Shown piece by piece: positions 22,351 to 36,476 of a stretch of 64,000 nt of DNA; the stretch's first letter is position 1; the number at the start of each line of letters is the position of its first letter. Source of the stretch: Octopus sinensis (Eukaryota). The stretch lies in assembly GCF_006345805.1 (NCBI RefSeq), contig NC_043015.1, forward strand, positions 20,956,001 to 21,020,000, read 5' to 3'. The position numbers and the translations under genes were made by a program. Below the pieces are notes generated by a model, which saw only the letters and a program-made list of their open reading frames with translations, ran no database searches and was not told the origin of the DNA.

Positions 22351-24007
22351 ATTTAGTGGTTATTGAGTGTTAAGTATCTCCCACGACATTTAGTATCTAC
22401 ATATCAAGGCTTATGATTCGTGGAAAGAGACCCTGTGAGACCTATGACAACAGGTTGCTCCCCGCTCTCACAGAATTAACCAGAGCAAGTAAGTCGAAAG
22501 CTGTGACAAGTAAAATATAATAGTAATAATAATGAACTCTCCTGCCGAAGCCGCGGTATGGTCGTTCAGCGTTTCCCGAACGACCAGCAGAAATGATTTG
22601 TTTATAGTGACAAAGTGTTCGTGCCACACATAAGCTCACTCTTTCTATCAAATCGACGTCGTCTGAACAGGTACACCGTGTGCCATGCGTCAGGTGCCCT
22701 AGTGATCGCACAACAACGCGAGGTGAAGTGCTTTGCTTATGAACACAACGAACCACCCGGTCCAGGAACTGAAACTACGACCTCACGATCGCTTGTGATG
22801 ATGACAATGTTTCCTTCGTTATTACTAAAGGTTAATTAAAACACTTGGGACGGTTTAGAACGAATGGAGGGTGAAATAACCAAAGACATCTGAACAAAAG
22901 TTATGTAGCCGGAGTCGAATAAGAATCGGGAAAATTCGTGAAGACGGCTGTGCTGTGAATGCAAACAGATCAGGCAATAACATCAGTAAGACTGAAACAT
23001 TGATAAGTATAGAGATTATTTTTTTCTTTTGTAAGAAGGGAAAAAGTATTATTAAAGGAAATCACTAAACATACATCAAAACAGAAACGTGCGACAGGAG
23101 CAGCCAATAAATATCTAAATGAATGAAAATATAAAACAAAAGAGCAAAACATAAATTAGTGAAATTAAAAAAAAAAACTAAATATAAAAAAAATATTTTA
23201 AAAAAAGCATCGAAATACATTACAATAAAAGGAAACGAAGCAATTAATTATCTTCAGCGTATCGTTTTTGATTAGTTTTCGTATCCCCTGAAAGACGATC
23301 GAACAGATGCGATACACACTAGACTGTCTGTTTGTGCGTGTGTATGTGTATTATATACTCACACATACAGTCACAATCATACATATATATAGTCTGTCCC
23401 AGAATATTGTCAGGGTATTCCCATGCATACACACATATGCAGAGTCAGTACACGCCCATGTGTATATGCATATGCCATTACTGTGTGTGTGTGTACAACC
23501 CCACCACATATATATGTATGTACATACATCCATATCTGTATGTGTGTGGTGTAGAACGTGTTTTTCTTTCATCTTCGAGAGAGCGTTACATCGCATTTGT
23601 GAGGTGATAAATTCGCATCTTATATATATTTATACACGCGCACACGTACACATTCACATAGCACACATATATCTCTATGTGTGCCTGTGATTATACGTCG
23701 ACATATACGATACAAATACCTACATACATCTGTTGATGAATTCCCGCGTATTTCAATACTTTTTTAGAACTATCTACATGCATACCTATGTCATTTGTTT
23801 ATTTATGCTTGTTTATTAATTTGCTGTACGAAAATAATTTGCTATCCAATTCCTTAAACTCATTAAATGCACAACACTATCCAATAGGTTGTAGACACCT
23901 CTCCGATTTTAATGCCGATACATTTATCAGCGGAACAATAATAAATGCCAATATGTAAAAAAACACAACCATTATACACGTACGTTATGTCCACAAATAA
24001 GCCAGTT

Positions 24008-24046
<39 letters not shown>

Positions 24047-24397
24047 CGTGAGTGCACGTAAAACACGCTTATACGGAGCAATGGTAGAAATTACACAGAA
24101 TGCAATAAAGTAAAAAAGAAAACAATTGCGGTGCCATCTCTTTTATGTGTGTCTTTTATTGATTCGTGAATCAAGGTATATTCTTTACTTATTATATTCT
24201 CTTACAAACCTCAAATAATTGACAGTAACGAAGGAAGCAGTAACCTTATATGACTGCTTATTCGCGCTCTCTGCCAAATGATGTCCTGTAAAACGCTTCT
24301 TTGTTGCTGCATACCACAATGTGCAGGTGTTTCTTTTCATCAATATTTTTAAAATGGGATCAAGAGAAACCCCATCATCCACTTTGTGGTATGGACA

Positions 24398-24409
24398 TAT
24401 GTATGTATG

Positions 24410-24443
<34 letters not shown>

Positions 24444-24515
24444 TGTATGTATGTATGTCTCTATCTATCTATCTATTTATCTATCTATCTATCTAGCTAG
24501 CTAGCTATCTAGCTA
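24398..24515. repeat. Compound (TATG)n-(TATC)n-(TAGC)n microsatellite
   Basis: Direct inspection. Confidence 0.95.
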
Positions 24516-24691
24516 TCCGTATGCATATTGCTAAATTAATAAAGGTGACACGTAAAATGCTTTAAACGTTCATTACTTATGGAGAATAGTCTATGTGGTC
24601 ATATAAACCTCCAACTGAAAAATGGGCATTTGTACGTCAGGGAATCACTTACTAATGTATATTTTCTATAGTAAATACACAGTAAAAGTAT

Positions 24692-24722
<31 letters not shown>

Positions 24723-25554
24723 ATACATACAAGCAGTTCCGTATAGCACAGTCATGTTATAGTGGCAAAAAATTTTACAACCTCAGTGAAGGACAACTGC
24801 GAACCCAGTAGAGCGAACATACAAAAGATTAACAGTCAGCCATAGCTCAGAAACAAGAGATCAAACATGTCTATCCCATCTTCAGCAGCCTAATGGATAT
24901 CCTTATGTTTTCGATACTTGCGCATTTGAATTCTATCCAGTGGTTTGAATGGTGTCAGACAGAACGCAGCCTGGGAATTGATACAGAAGAGAGTGTGAGA
25001 ATGCTGTGATACCAAAAATTTTGCAACCAATTAGAAATCATGCTCCTCATTAGCAAATACTGATTTAACTGTCATCTCACTCTTCAGATTTTCGATCGGT
25101 AATGAAAATTCGAGCAGGTGTAGCCAGTAGATATATAATTCTGAGCGGCGGCCGAATATTGTTGATAGGAAAAGTAGTAAAAGTCTAACCAAAAGACTGA
25201 ACTTGGAAACAAAGTGTAGTTTCGAAAAGTTATTTGATCTTGATCTGCTTTGTTAGCAACAGGGAATTATATCTCCCTGGGGTTTGCATGCTCTTGAGAA
25301 GGAATCTGGAAATGTATAAGCTGCTCTGGCTTTGTAATGAAAAGTCTTGGTAGAAATATAAAGCATGGAAAATGCCATGAAAGTTTTCAAGAGATTAAGT
25401 TTATCGTTTAAATATTTCTTCCGCGAAATTGTCAGAGTATGTCTTAATAATAAAACAAATTAAACTACATTATCATTATTATTATCATTAATATTACTAT
25501 TATTAACACTAGTGGTAGTGCCATCATAGACTAAAGAAAGCAGAGGAGTAATTG

Positions 25555-25780
25555 TTTGCATGTCCTTGTTTGTCCCCTCTGTGTTTAGCCCCTTGTGGGT
25601 AGTAAAGAAATAGGTATTTCGTCTGTATTTATGTTCTGAGTTCAAATCCCGCCGAGGTCGACTTTGCCTTTCATTGTTTCGGGGTCGATAAATTAAGTAC
25701 CAGTTGCGTACTGGGGACGATCTAATCGATTGGCCCCTTACCCCCAAAATTTCGGGCCTTGTTCCTAGAGTTGAAAAGGA
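25555..25780 (+). mobile_element. SINE-A, 5'-truncated multimer form
   Basis: Tail TTTAGCCCCTTGTGGGTAGTAAAGAAATAG is joined to GTATTTCG at 25613/25614, followed by the central domain. Confidence 0.75.
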
Positions 25781-26123
25781 TATTTTCTCGCTTTTTTAGA
25801 CGAAAAAACCTTTGTTGATTACCAGTTAATTTGGACCATAGTGTATTTTAGAACAATTTTTCAGATACCTAGTGTATCTTATTAGGAACTGAAGTCTTTT
25901 AGATTTTACTGCAAAATAACCAATTCCTCAGACAGACAAAGATATAAGCGGAGTGTCACTGCAAACCATTCATGACAATGTGGGCGCATGTACTCAAAAA
26001 TGGAGCAAGTGTTGTAGGCGCAGTCGGATGTCTGCCTCAGTAACGCTTAATATAATTCGATGAAGTGACTGCAAAGTATTTATGAAGATAGCAGTAGTTT
26101 GTCTACACTGATCTATATGGCTT

Positions 26124-26191
26124 TTGAAGGTACGTTCATATTGAATGTACGTTCGCATTGAAGGGACGTTCGGGTTGAAGGTACGTTTCAG
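26124..26191. repeat. Minisatellite, 4 x 17 bp (TTGAAGGTACGTTCRNN)
   Basis: Units start at 26124, 26141, 26158 and 26175. Confidence 0.9.
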
Positions 26192-26772
26192 CATATACTA
26201 ATTTCTTAAGAGAATCTACTTTCTTCTTTTGGTTCTCTGTATTGCTAGAAAACATTTTCAATCGTATCATCTTCTGCAGGTAATAGAGATATACGCCCGA
26301 TAATATTAAATGCCAACTTCTATAAAATGCCAGGAATATGATTAGGTTCCTTATCAATATAAAACAGTTTTATATTAGGTTGACAGGAGGGTATGAAAGT
26401 GTTTTGATTAATGTTTATGCTTGTCTAGCAAGGCGTCGATCCGTTGTTCGTGTTCCTTATATCCCTTATGTGAATCTACTGTTCTTTCCAGAGGGTTGTT
26501 TCATAATTTGCTTTCGAGTAATCAAAGAAACGGGCCAATCATGACCAGGGACAGACACTACTTTGGATCACACCACCCTTACCGCAAACAATAGCTTAAA
26601 ATTTAAGAGAGCAGAGGTAAAGATTGAAAATAGGGATGCTGATAATATTCACTGAGATTAGAAGATGAATGGCAGAGATACTCCAGCGAAGTGAAAAGCT
26701 AATTTTGAATGTTCATGAATGAAAGACTAGAACAATCTTGCCAAGGAACACTGTCTATTGATCTATTATGGT

Positions 26773-26826
<54 letters not shown>

Positions 26827-27084
26827 TACAGAATTAAGCCCACCATATAACGTGTTCAAAGATATATTCTGTTTTAAGCATTCGAACCTGGCCCTTCCGA
26901 TCCCTTCCCTCTCGCTTTTCATTCAGACTCCGATCTGGGTGTCAGCCACTTCCTTCTCTCTAGATTTCATGGATGGACAGAATAGTCATTGTCATTTCGT
27001 CTGTTTTTCCTCACCACTTCACATTTACTAGAAGATCAGCTGTGGCTTTGCTCGGAGAGAATTTTTGATCAATTGGTGAGGGTG

Positions 27085-27194
27085 CTGACTAATGCTGATG
27101 ACAGTTGACAAATGCTGATGAAGGTTGATAAATGCTTTTGAAGGTTGACAAATGCTGATGACTGTTGACTAATGCTGATGACGGTTGACTAATG
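27085..27194. repeat. Minisatellite, ~5.5 x 20 bp (AATGCTGATGACGGTTGACW)
   Basis: Units start at 27091, 27111, 27131, 27151 and 27171; no spacers. Confidence 0.92.
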
Positions 27195-27234
27195 AATTAT
27201 GTACTTATAAGTGTATGGATATATTCTTTTACTT

Positions 27235-27592
27235 AGATGTTTCAGCCATTTGACTGCAGCCATACTGGAGCACCGGCTGCAGTCGAACAAATCGACCCCA
27301 GGATTTATTCTTTTTAAGCCTAGAACATATTCTATCGGTCTCTTATACCGAACCGCTTAGTTACAGGGGCGTAAACTAACATGTTAAGCGATGGTAGGGG
27401 CAAAAACAGATACACAAACATATACATATATTTATATATACGACAGACTTCTTTCAGTTTCTGTCTGCCAAATCCACTCACAAGGCTTTGATCGGCTAGA
27501 GGTTATAGTAGAAGACACTTGCCCACGGTGCCACGCAGTAGGACTGAACCCGGAACCATGTGGTTGTTAAGCAAGCTTCTTAACACACAGCC
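27235..27592 (-). mobile_element. Near full-length SINE-B
   Basis: GGACTGAACCCGGAACCATGTGGTTG head (B-box-like), AGAAGACACTTGCCCACGGTGCCACGC core, and tail at 27240-27275. Confidence 0.78.
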
Positions 27593-28407
27593 ACCCATGC
27601 GCTTATATAAAATATATTTGTAAAAGCCGCGCAGTTTTTATTCTTGGACTGGGTGGTACCATTTTCCACAAGCAAACCATCCTGCTTTCTTCCAGTCCAC
27701 TGATCTGTAGATGAGCAACCCTGCGACGGACTGACGTCGATCAAGGGGAATGATGTCACTTTGGTCATTTATACTTCATGGAAACCGGGTAACCGTTCCT
27801 GTGTCCAAGAACTCGATGCGATAATGTCCGGCGTTTGAGGATGTCGATGATAAATTACCTCGATTAAGTAATCGGATTACATCGCACTTAGGATTGAAAG
27901 TTCTCTTACTTCAAAATCTGAAAATACATACCTACTTTGATGTTTTCCGTCACTATATATGTAGCACCTCGTTTAGCTTTTGGCAGATCTACATACGTTT
28001 GTCAATATGCAATTAAAGTAGCTTGAGGGAACATACTTAAATATATTTCACTCAATCCTTGATATTAAGATTTATTGACGGTCCTTGCAAATGCCATTCA
28101 AACTTGAAACTGTAATCACGTGAAGTGAATGTCAGAATTCTATCAGAATATCTCGCTATAATTCAAGGTATAATGACATATTTTCCATTATGTTCACCAT
28201 CTGGAACAATATCGCCTTCAATCAGGCGTTCTTAGAAATGGGTTTTCAGAATTTCTGTTCCATTGCAAAGCCCATTATCCTTATATAAATTTCGCAATGG
28301 CATTGCAACCCTTACAATTCCAAAGGTAATATTAGGAGTTAGAATTCCAGCAAAGTTTACACCCGTTTAGAAAGTCGACTACATAATTGTACAAATTATC
28401 TTCAGCA

Positions 28408-28465
<58 letters not shown>

Positions 28466-28562
28466 AAATTATAGATATGCAACTATACATAGACACACAC
28501 ATATTTATATATCCACACATTCATATACACATGTTACATATTTTCACAAACACATACACACA

Positions 28563-28600
<38 letters not shown>

Positions 28601-28856
28601 TACGTGCATGTTTTATAAAGGTTTGAATACTATATCACGTTTCCATATTATATTTTTATTAATATTATTGCGTGGCGCGTATTTCGGATTGCTAGCATAT
28701 CCTGTGGTTTGGTGAGCCGGTCGTACTGCACTGGATAAAGGTAAGCAGTATCGGACTCACGGCTCTCCTCGAACTTAGATTACTTGTCACAGATCACACC
28801 GCATTTAGCCTGTACACATCTTCAAACTTATACAAACACGATACATATACACACAA

Positions 28857-28901
<45 letters not shown>

Positions 28902-28906
28902 TGATG

Positions 28907-28946
<40 letters not shown>

Positions 28947-30063
28947 GCTGACACTACTCTAAGTTTCACCTTTGACTGTTCATCACTGTCGTGCGCTGTT
29001 TATGACGTTTAGAATGAGAACGTGAACTCATCGTTTCTCCGCAACATGTTGAACTCTATGCAAAAGTGATTATCTCTCGTGTTCGAAGATTTTACCTTTC
29101 ACAGACTCAAGAAAAGCGTCGAGATCTTGTACAACTAAGAAAGGAATGAGGAAGGCTTTCAACACTTACCGATATGAACATTTAGGTTCTAATGTATTTT
29201 GATATTTGTTCCATCAACCCTTATGAACGTTCTGCGCTCAGGCCTCCGTGGATTCTTTTGAAACCACTGGAGCTATCTTTCTTCTGCATGGAACTGACGA
29301 GCGAATGTACTTTTCTGATATTTTACTTCCTAACATCATTTCTCGAATCAATGCTTTCGATACCCATTCATTCAATGTATCATCCTAAATGCATACCTGT
29401 GCAATTATATTTCAGAATTCATACAGAGGTGCCTCATTTCATAAATTTTCTTTCTCATCCGAACAAAATAACAACGTGCAATAGATAATAATCCTGATCC
29501 AGTTAGCTAATTCGAAGCAAAGCTTTATCATATTTACCCAAAGAAAATGTCACGCTGTGTGTGCACTGCTCTTTTCTAGTGCGGCCATTTTCACAAACAG
29601 AAAGACCATCACAATTTTAACTAGAACATGAATCAATGACCGTACTTAGATAACTAAATTTTGCATGCAACAGTTGTCAAATGAAAGAATGTCCGTTTAT
29701 AAAACGTGTTCTGTGTATTTATGATGGTTTGCACACTAGAATGTGACATAATATGCATTCAATGTTCGATCTGTACGCTGATGTCAATGCAAATTTGACA
29801 AAAATAAAGATTTTGCCTGCATTTAGTGTGTTGGCCCTAACTGAACCATTCTCTGTGCGCCAGTAGGTTGGGCATCTTTTTGATCCTTTAACTGCTTTAT
29901 TCAAATGTTGCAGCCATTCTGGAGCACGGCCTTGGAGGGTTGTAGTCAAGCAAAACGACCCCAGTATGTATTTAAGCCTGGAACTTTTTCTGTCGCTTTC
30001 TTTTACCGAATTGCTGCGTTATGCAGACGTAAACTAAACAACACCGGCTGTGAAAATGGATGG

Positions 30064-30089
30064 ACACACACACACACACACACACACAC

Positions 30090-30148
<59 letters not shown>
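30064..30148. repeat. (CA)n microsatellite
   Basis: Direct inspection. Confidence 0.97.
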
Positions 30149-30150
<2 letters not shown>

Positions 30151-30239
30151 AATTTGGTTGCTCTCAATATTTTCCTAAATTCATTCACGAGGCATTGTTC
30201 TGGCCGAAACTGAAGACATGCTTATAATATCAATTTCAA

Positions 30240-30400
30240 ATTTTGGCACAAGGCCAGAAATTTCGGGGGATGGGATAAGTCGAATACATCGACTCCAGTA
30301 CTTAACTGGTACTTATTTTATCGGCCCCAAATGATGAAAGGCAACGTCAACTTGGTCGGAATTTGAACTCAAATATCTAACGATTCTGCTAATCAAAAGC
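30240..30400 (-). mobile_element. SINE-A 3' fragment
   Basis: TTGGCACAAGGCCAGAAATTTCGGGGG...CTGGTACTTATTTTATCGGCCCC...GAATTTGAACTC. Confidence 0.65.
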
Positions 30401-30804
30401 TTAATGTACAGCAAAACTAAATCAATGAGTGCAAACCAAGCATCTGAACCGCACATCACTGTGTATACATCAAATAACATTCGTCTCGAAATAATACTAT
30501 ATTTAGCTCCAACATACAGAGTGCTAGCTAGTATGTTTTATTATTGATCCTCCCATCGCGAATTACGAAAGAACGATGACGTAATGACATCCCAGGTGAA
30601 ATGAGGAACATGAAAGTATCTGCAGAGATAACTACTTGAACATTAGTGATGAGATGGTAATGATTTTTATTCTCTTCACTTATTATTACTTTCAGTTATC
30701 TTTTTAAAATTTCCGGTATGACATGAGTTGATACTAAAACACACACACACACACAATATATAAACTCGTACATGCATTTACATATACTTACGTGTATACA
30801 TATA

Positions 30805-31410
30805 CAGTTGCGGCCAAATTGTTCAGAACGGCATTGTTTTCGTCAGAAAAGTAAGTATAAGTTTTTATCAAAGTTGTTTTGTATTCTATAATTTTTACAG
30901 ACAATAAATACAATATTAATTGGTATTGTATGAGATTTTGATATAATTTGAGTAGATAATACAAACGTTATGGATGATATAGTGATTTACTGCAAAACCC
31001 ATGGTGGCCAAAATGATCAGAACGGTTGAAAAAATAACAAAATAATCAAAAAGTGACAGAGAATACTGGAATTATCTCATATTTAGTGTGAAGCCCTTTA
31101 GCTTCAACCAAAGTTTGACATTTTTTACTGCATGGGGAAATTAAATTTTCAATTTCTTGCTGGGTGATCTTATTCCATTCTTCTTGAAGGGCATTCCATA
31201 ATTGCTCGGTTGTTTTAGGATTTCTGGCTTTCAAACATTCTTCTAGAATATTCCACACATTTTCAATAGGATTGAGGTCTGGAATTTGAGCAGGCCAATC
31301 CATAACAATAACCTTTTCAGCCTTGAGGAAGTTCATGACCACCTTAGCCTTGTGACATGGGGCATTGTCCTGCATGAATATGGGTGGTCGCTTAGTTAAA
31401 TTTCTCTGTT
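30805..31410 (-). mobile_element. Tc1-family DNA transposon, 3' half with right TIR
   Basis: TA|CAGTTGCGGCCAAA terminus at 30803-30818; transposase C-terminus encoded inward; the 5' half is missing. Confidence 0.85.
31046..31375 (-). pseudogene. Tc1 DD34E transposase C-terminal fragment
   Basis: QDNAPCHK...WPAQIPDLNPIENVW...LWNALQEEW...KGLHTKY, the canonical Tc1 motifs (WPSQSPDLNPIEN-like). Confidence 0.9.
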
Positions 31411-31643
31411 GACCACTTTTGCTGCTACGATCAACAGTCCTCTACTACTAACCCCAACCACCACCAAGGTTGCCAAAATTACGACCAACTACTACGACCA
31501 ACAATCGCTACTGTTGCTACCATTGGAACACAAGGTAACAAAAAAGCGGTTGCTTTTAATACCAGCAAGAAACAATAATGGACTTCTTCAATACACTCAA
31601 CAGGAATATAGCGATTATACCAACTACCGACAAAACACCACCA

Positions 31644-31828
31644 CATGGATTCTATTAAGAACAGTAAGAAACGATTATGAACTTTTCAATTTTCACTTTG
31701 TATAATATTTTTGTTAAGGTTCGTTTTTTCAAGAACATGGATTCTATTAAGACCAGTAAGAAACGATTATGAACTTCTCCATTACACTTTTTATAATATT
31801 TTTGATAAGGTTCGTTTTTTCAAGAACC
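31644..31828. repeat. Tandem duplication of ~91-92 bp
   Basis: CATGGATTCTATTAAG...GTTCGTTTTTTCAAGAAC occurs at ~31644 and again at ~31736, roughly 90% identical. Confidence 0.88.
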
Positions 31829-32839
31829 GAAACATGTAAAATTCATAAAAAAATTAAAATTTATCTAATATAGTGGCGTTTTCAAACTTCTTTTATACAA
31901 ATATATACCCACTCGTATACGATCTACTCTTATTATAAATAAATATATATATATATATAAACAGAAACGGGGGTTTTAATAGCTACGCCGCACCTCGAAC
32001 AAGCTCCGAGTCGACTCTACGGTTGAAAGTGCATTTGTTACTTATCTACATTGCCCTACCAACACATGATACCTCCATGGTAGTTTTATAACACTGATAA
32101 CCCTGTTATTTTATCTAGCCATTTTTGGCGTCTTATATGTTGATGTACCTAGATTATATTGAATCCTACTACATATGTGTGTATGTAAGTATGCTTAATT
32201 GCTACCAACATGATTTCAGAAATAATTGAAAATCACCCGCTTTTGCAGGTATCTGAACAACAGATTTGAAGCGTATGTATTAGAAACAAGATTGAATCTC
32301 GATTTATTGAACTATCCCGCTGACGAAATAAAAAAAATTATAGCCTAATTTATATAACATTATATAAATGATATTATTAGTGGCAGAAAACCATGTCCTC
32401 AGCTGTCCTATGGTTTTTGAACCACCAGAGTGACCTTCCCTTATAGCAAGGAACCACACAATCCTTGTATTTTGAGATTATCTCTCCTAATTAGATTTGG
32501 TTCATTTGCCATTAAACGTTAATTTTATCTGCACTAGAAGCTGGGATACTTTTGATAAAGAATCTTATATGGCATTAGTATTATGTCTATTTATCTGGTA
32601 ATATGTGATTTAATGTATGCAGAACCTAAACAATGCATACGTTTATTTGACTCTCTCATATATTACATGCGCATACTTTCGTATAAGCGAGTGTATATAT
32701 ATACAGATTCATGGAGTATATATTTGTTTACGTCTATCAAAGTGTATCTATGTATACACTCACATATAAATATATACATTTACACACCCGAATATGTATA
32801 TTCGTCTAAATAATATGCGTACAAATATGAGTATATGCT

Positions 32840-32896
<57 letters not shown>

Positions 32897-33548
32897 TATA
32901 TATATATGTATGTATGTATGGGTATGTACTTATATTTACATGTATACGTGTATATGTATGTGCATCTATCTCTATATATAAATATGTATTTATCCATTTG
33001 CGTTTGTGCCTATATGAATAATATCTGCCCCCTCCCCCACTGTTTCTCTGTGCGTATATATATATATATATAATGAGAGGGAGAGAGAATGTGTGTGTAT
33101 ATTACGATATATGTGTGCGTGTGTGTTTACGTATGGTTGTTTGTATTAGAAATTCAGGTTGTCATCGTTCATTTGTTTTCTGTGATAATTCTTCCTGGAA
33201 ATTGTTTTATTCTTCTGCTGTCCCAAACAATTTTATATGATTCTTTTGCCATTATACAAACGAAAGCTCAGATTCAGAGTGAGAGGCAGACGAACAGAAT
33301 ACGCCATTACTATTTTTGCTTCTCGGCTACAATTTACTTGAACTCTTCGAACTCAATTATTTTCAGAGTAAACATCGATTGTAAAAATAGCTAACTGATT
33401 CAATATCCTAACGTTTTGACCCTCAAAGATTTTTGTAGTTAGCATTCCCCCGAGAGACACGTTTAAAAACAAATGTAAGCATAGACAGAGAGTTTTATTA
33501 AGATCACAAAGATATATGCGCGCGTGCGTGCGTTTATATATATATTTG

Positions 33549-33592
<44 letters not shown>

Positions 33593-35246
33593 CATATATC
33601 TATATGAATTTAGGGACGCATGTATGTGAATTTGATTGCACGTACACATATTTTCAAATATATACAAGTAGGTACCTACTGATATATATATATATAATTA
33701 TACATAATTTCCTTCAGTGAGAGAGAGAATGAAGAAAGAGCGACAGAACTATGCACCATGTCCGTTCACACACATACACATATGCACACACATACACACA
33801 CACGTTTTCTAATTATATGCCTTAGGATTATTAATGCGTATACATTTATGAATGTGTATGTGTGTATGCATCTATTTTGAGATATGTAGGTATGTATTAT
33901 ATTATATATGAAATTATGAATATACCAAGCAATTAGCCGGCGAATTTATGGAAACCATCGTGTCTTTTTCCTTGTGGTATTAATTTCGGCAATTTTGCCT
34001 TCTTATTTCAAATTCCACTCAGCTTACTGCATTTAGTGGATTATTCTCCCTTACACATATTTGAACCCAGTTTGCACTTTGTTGGACGTCTCCCATATAT
34101 GCATCATCCAGTTTTGGAAACCCTGTAATAATTATGGGTCGCCTTTCTCCCTCGCCAAATATAGATATTTCTGATACAAAAAAAAAGACTGTCATTCGTA
34201 TTTTTACTCAGGTGCAACTCCAATACTTCATCTTCCAAGCGCATCACTATGATCAAACTTTTAAATTTATCTCCCTTACGTTGAATAATTTCTATGGAAA
34301 TTACGATCCATGCTCAGAAAGATCAGCGAGGTCCAAGGGAATCGATTATCAAACATTTTGTTCAGCTCCCTTTAAGAATATTTATTTTCATTTCAAATTA
34401 TCGCCTGAAGGATTGTGATCAACTAAAAATTCTCAATACCAACAATGAGTAGGATCAGCTCTATAATATTAAATATATCCATCCATACATGTGTGCGCGT
34501 GGTTATGAATACAAACACCAATACTAGCAGAACAACATGTGTTAACCTAACAGAGCGTATCAATTTGATCAATTTGGCGCTACACACTCCGATTTGACAT
34601 TCTCGCAGGTGCGGGTCCGTTTACGTAGAGACTATATGTATAACATGCACACCGACAAGCGCACACATTTTATATCCTAATGGGATGTGTTTGTGTTTTA
34701 TATTTGAATATGTCATGGTATTATATATAATTAGAAGTGTTCCTAAGCAGTTATAACATTGTATTTAATGAGGTAATAACAAATGTAAAGGTAGGATGAC
34801 ATTATCATAGTGTCCATCTTATACTTGTTTTATCACGTGCTTTATCTCGTTGACATGTGTTATTTAAATTTGACCTCTTCATAGAAAAAGAAATTGTCAT
34901 CTAAACATTTCAAACACAGATATCCTGTGAATACCGACATTTTGTTTAGATGTCGTCAGATCTAATAGGAAAATTCTATCTAGGCTTGTTTAAAAAAAAA
35001 TATCAGCGGATAGTTTATATGAAACGAATCTTAAATGTCAATGACTGTCTGGCATTCTGTAATTATTTTATGCATGATTGAGTTCGAAAAGAAAACAAAC
35101 TGCAGCAAGGACGCTTCTGTTGTTGATATTAGAAAAATTTTCCTGCAGTGATAGCAATAATTACGTGTATGTACATTCATATATTGATAGCTATGAAATC
35201 CAGTGTTTGATGATAATTATAAATACATTTATACACACCTTATATT

Positions 35247-35307
<61 letters not shown>

Positions 35308-35534
35308 ACGTAAGTTGTACGTATATTTATATATTGGATGATATAATATGATAATGAAAATACATCGTGACTTAGAATTTCACTCTGAACGATTATCAGA
35401 ATCTCTTAATATTACGTCAACTACATGCATTTGTTATTTTCCTCTCGCGTAAAGATTCTTGTATTGCAGGATTTGTTCGAAGTGGGATAACTCCTTATCT
35501 TTTTGAGAGAAAGATAAATAGACAGATAGACACA

Positions 35535-36476
35535 GTCAGCCTCTCTCATCAGCTGTGCCGATCGACCAAAATTATCACAGGCAGTCGAGGATCCAAATGA
35601 CATTCTAAATCTGAAGATCAACATTAATGCTATATACAATTGGGTTGATGAAAATAACATGCTAACATGAAGTTCAATGCTGAGAAGTTTCGAGAACTTC
35701 ACTAACAGCCCACAAACAGACTACAATGAGAATACACTGGAAGGAGGAATGAGGGATGGTGCAGTAACAATGACAGAATCGGTGAGTGACCTGGGAATTC
35801 CCACGAGTAATGATATAGTGCATATTACCAAGATGACGATGGCCACACTAAGCAGGCGAGTAGCAGGAAGAATGACACCATGCTACTCCTATAGCGAACT
35901 TTCTTTCTCAATCGTCTCGATTCCTGCTCCCCACTCTGGTTCCGGCAGAGCGTCAAAATTGCGGCGGATTTTGAAGCAATCCAGTGCCACTACATCAAGA
36001 ATATTGACTCGGTGAAAGAGATGAGCTACAGGGAGAGGATAAAAGAACTAAAGCTCTACTCTCTAGAAAAAAAATGTGGAAGACTCGTGATCTACATATG
36101 AAAGATCCCGAAATATCAAGCTCTCAACTTAGGAATTGTAAGTTATGCCAACCACCAAACTGGGCGGCACTGCATAGTATCAAGGGTTACGTCTTCTCCT
36201 AGAATATGGACCAAGTATTATAACAACTTCGGTTTCAGGAGTCCACGACTATTCAACATTCTATCAAACAATTTCAGAGATTTGCAAGGTGGAGGTCTTC
36301 AAATGGCACCTGGACAAATTTTTATCTAAAATACCTGATGAACCCACATCGCAGCAAGAGGCACAAAGTAGAGCATCTCCGTCAAACGCGCTACTTTGCT
36401 AAAAACAGTACAGAAAACACACCCAAACAGAATGAAAGCTGGTGCTCCAGCGTGGCATCAACCTTTGACTGAAACC
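35535..36476 (+). mobile_element. Degraded CR1/L2-group LINE 3' end (RT C-terminus and 3' UTR)
   Basis: Residual frames: decayed YADD region (~35545-35565), NAIYNWVDENNM, EMSYRERIKELKLYSLE and FKWHLDKFLSKIPDEP. Confidence 0.8.

Noticed and set aside
27085-27194. CRISPR-like array (also 26124-26191)
   Set aside because: Contiguous units with no unique spacers, in a eukaryotic context; these are minisatellites.
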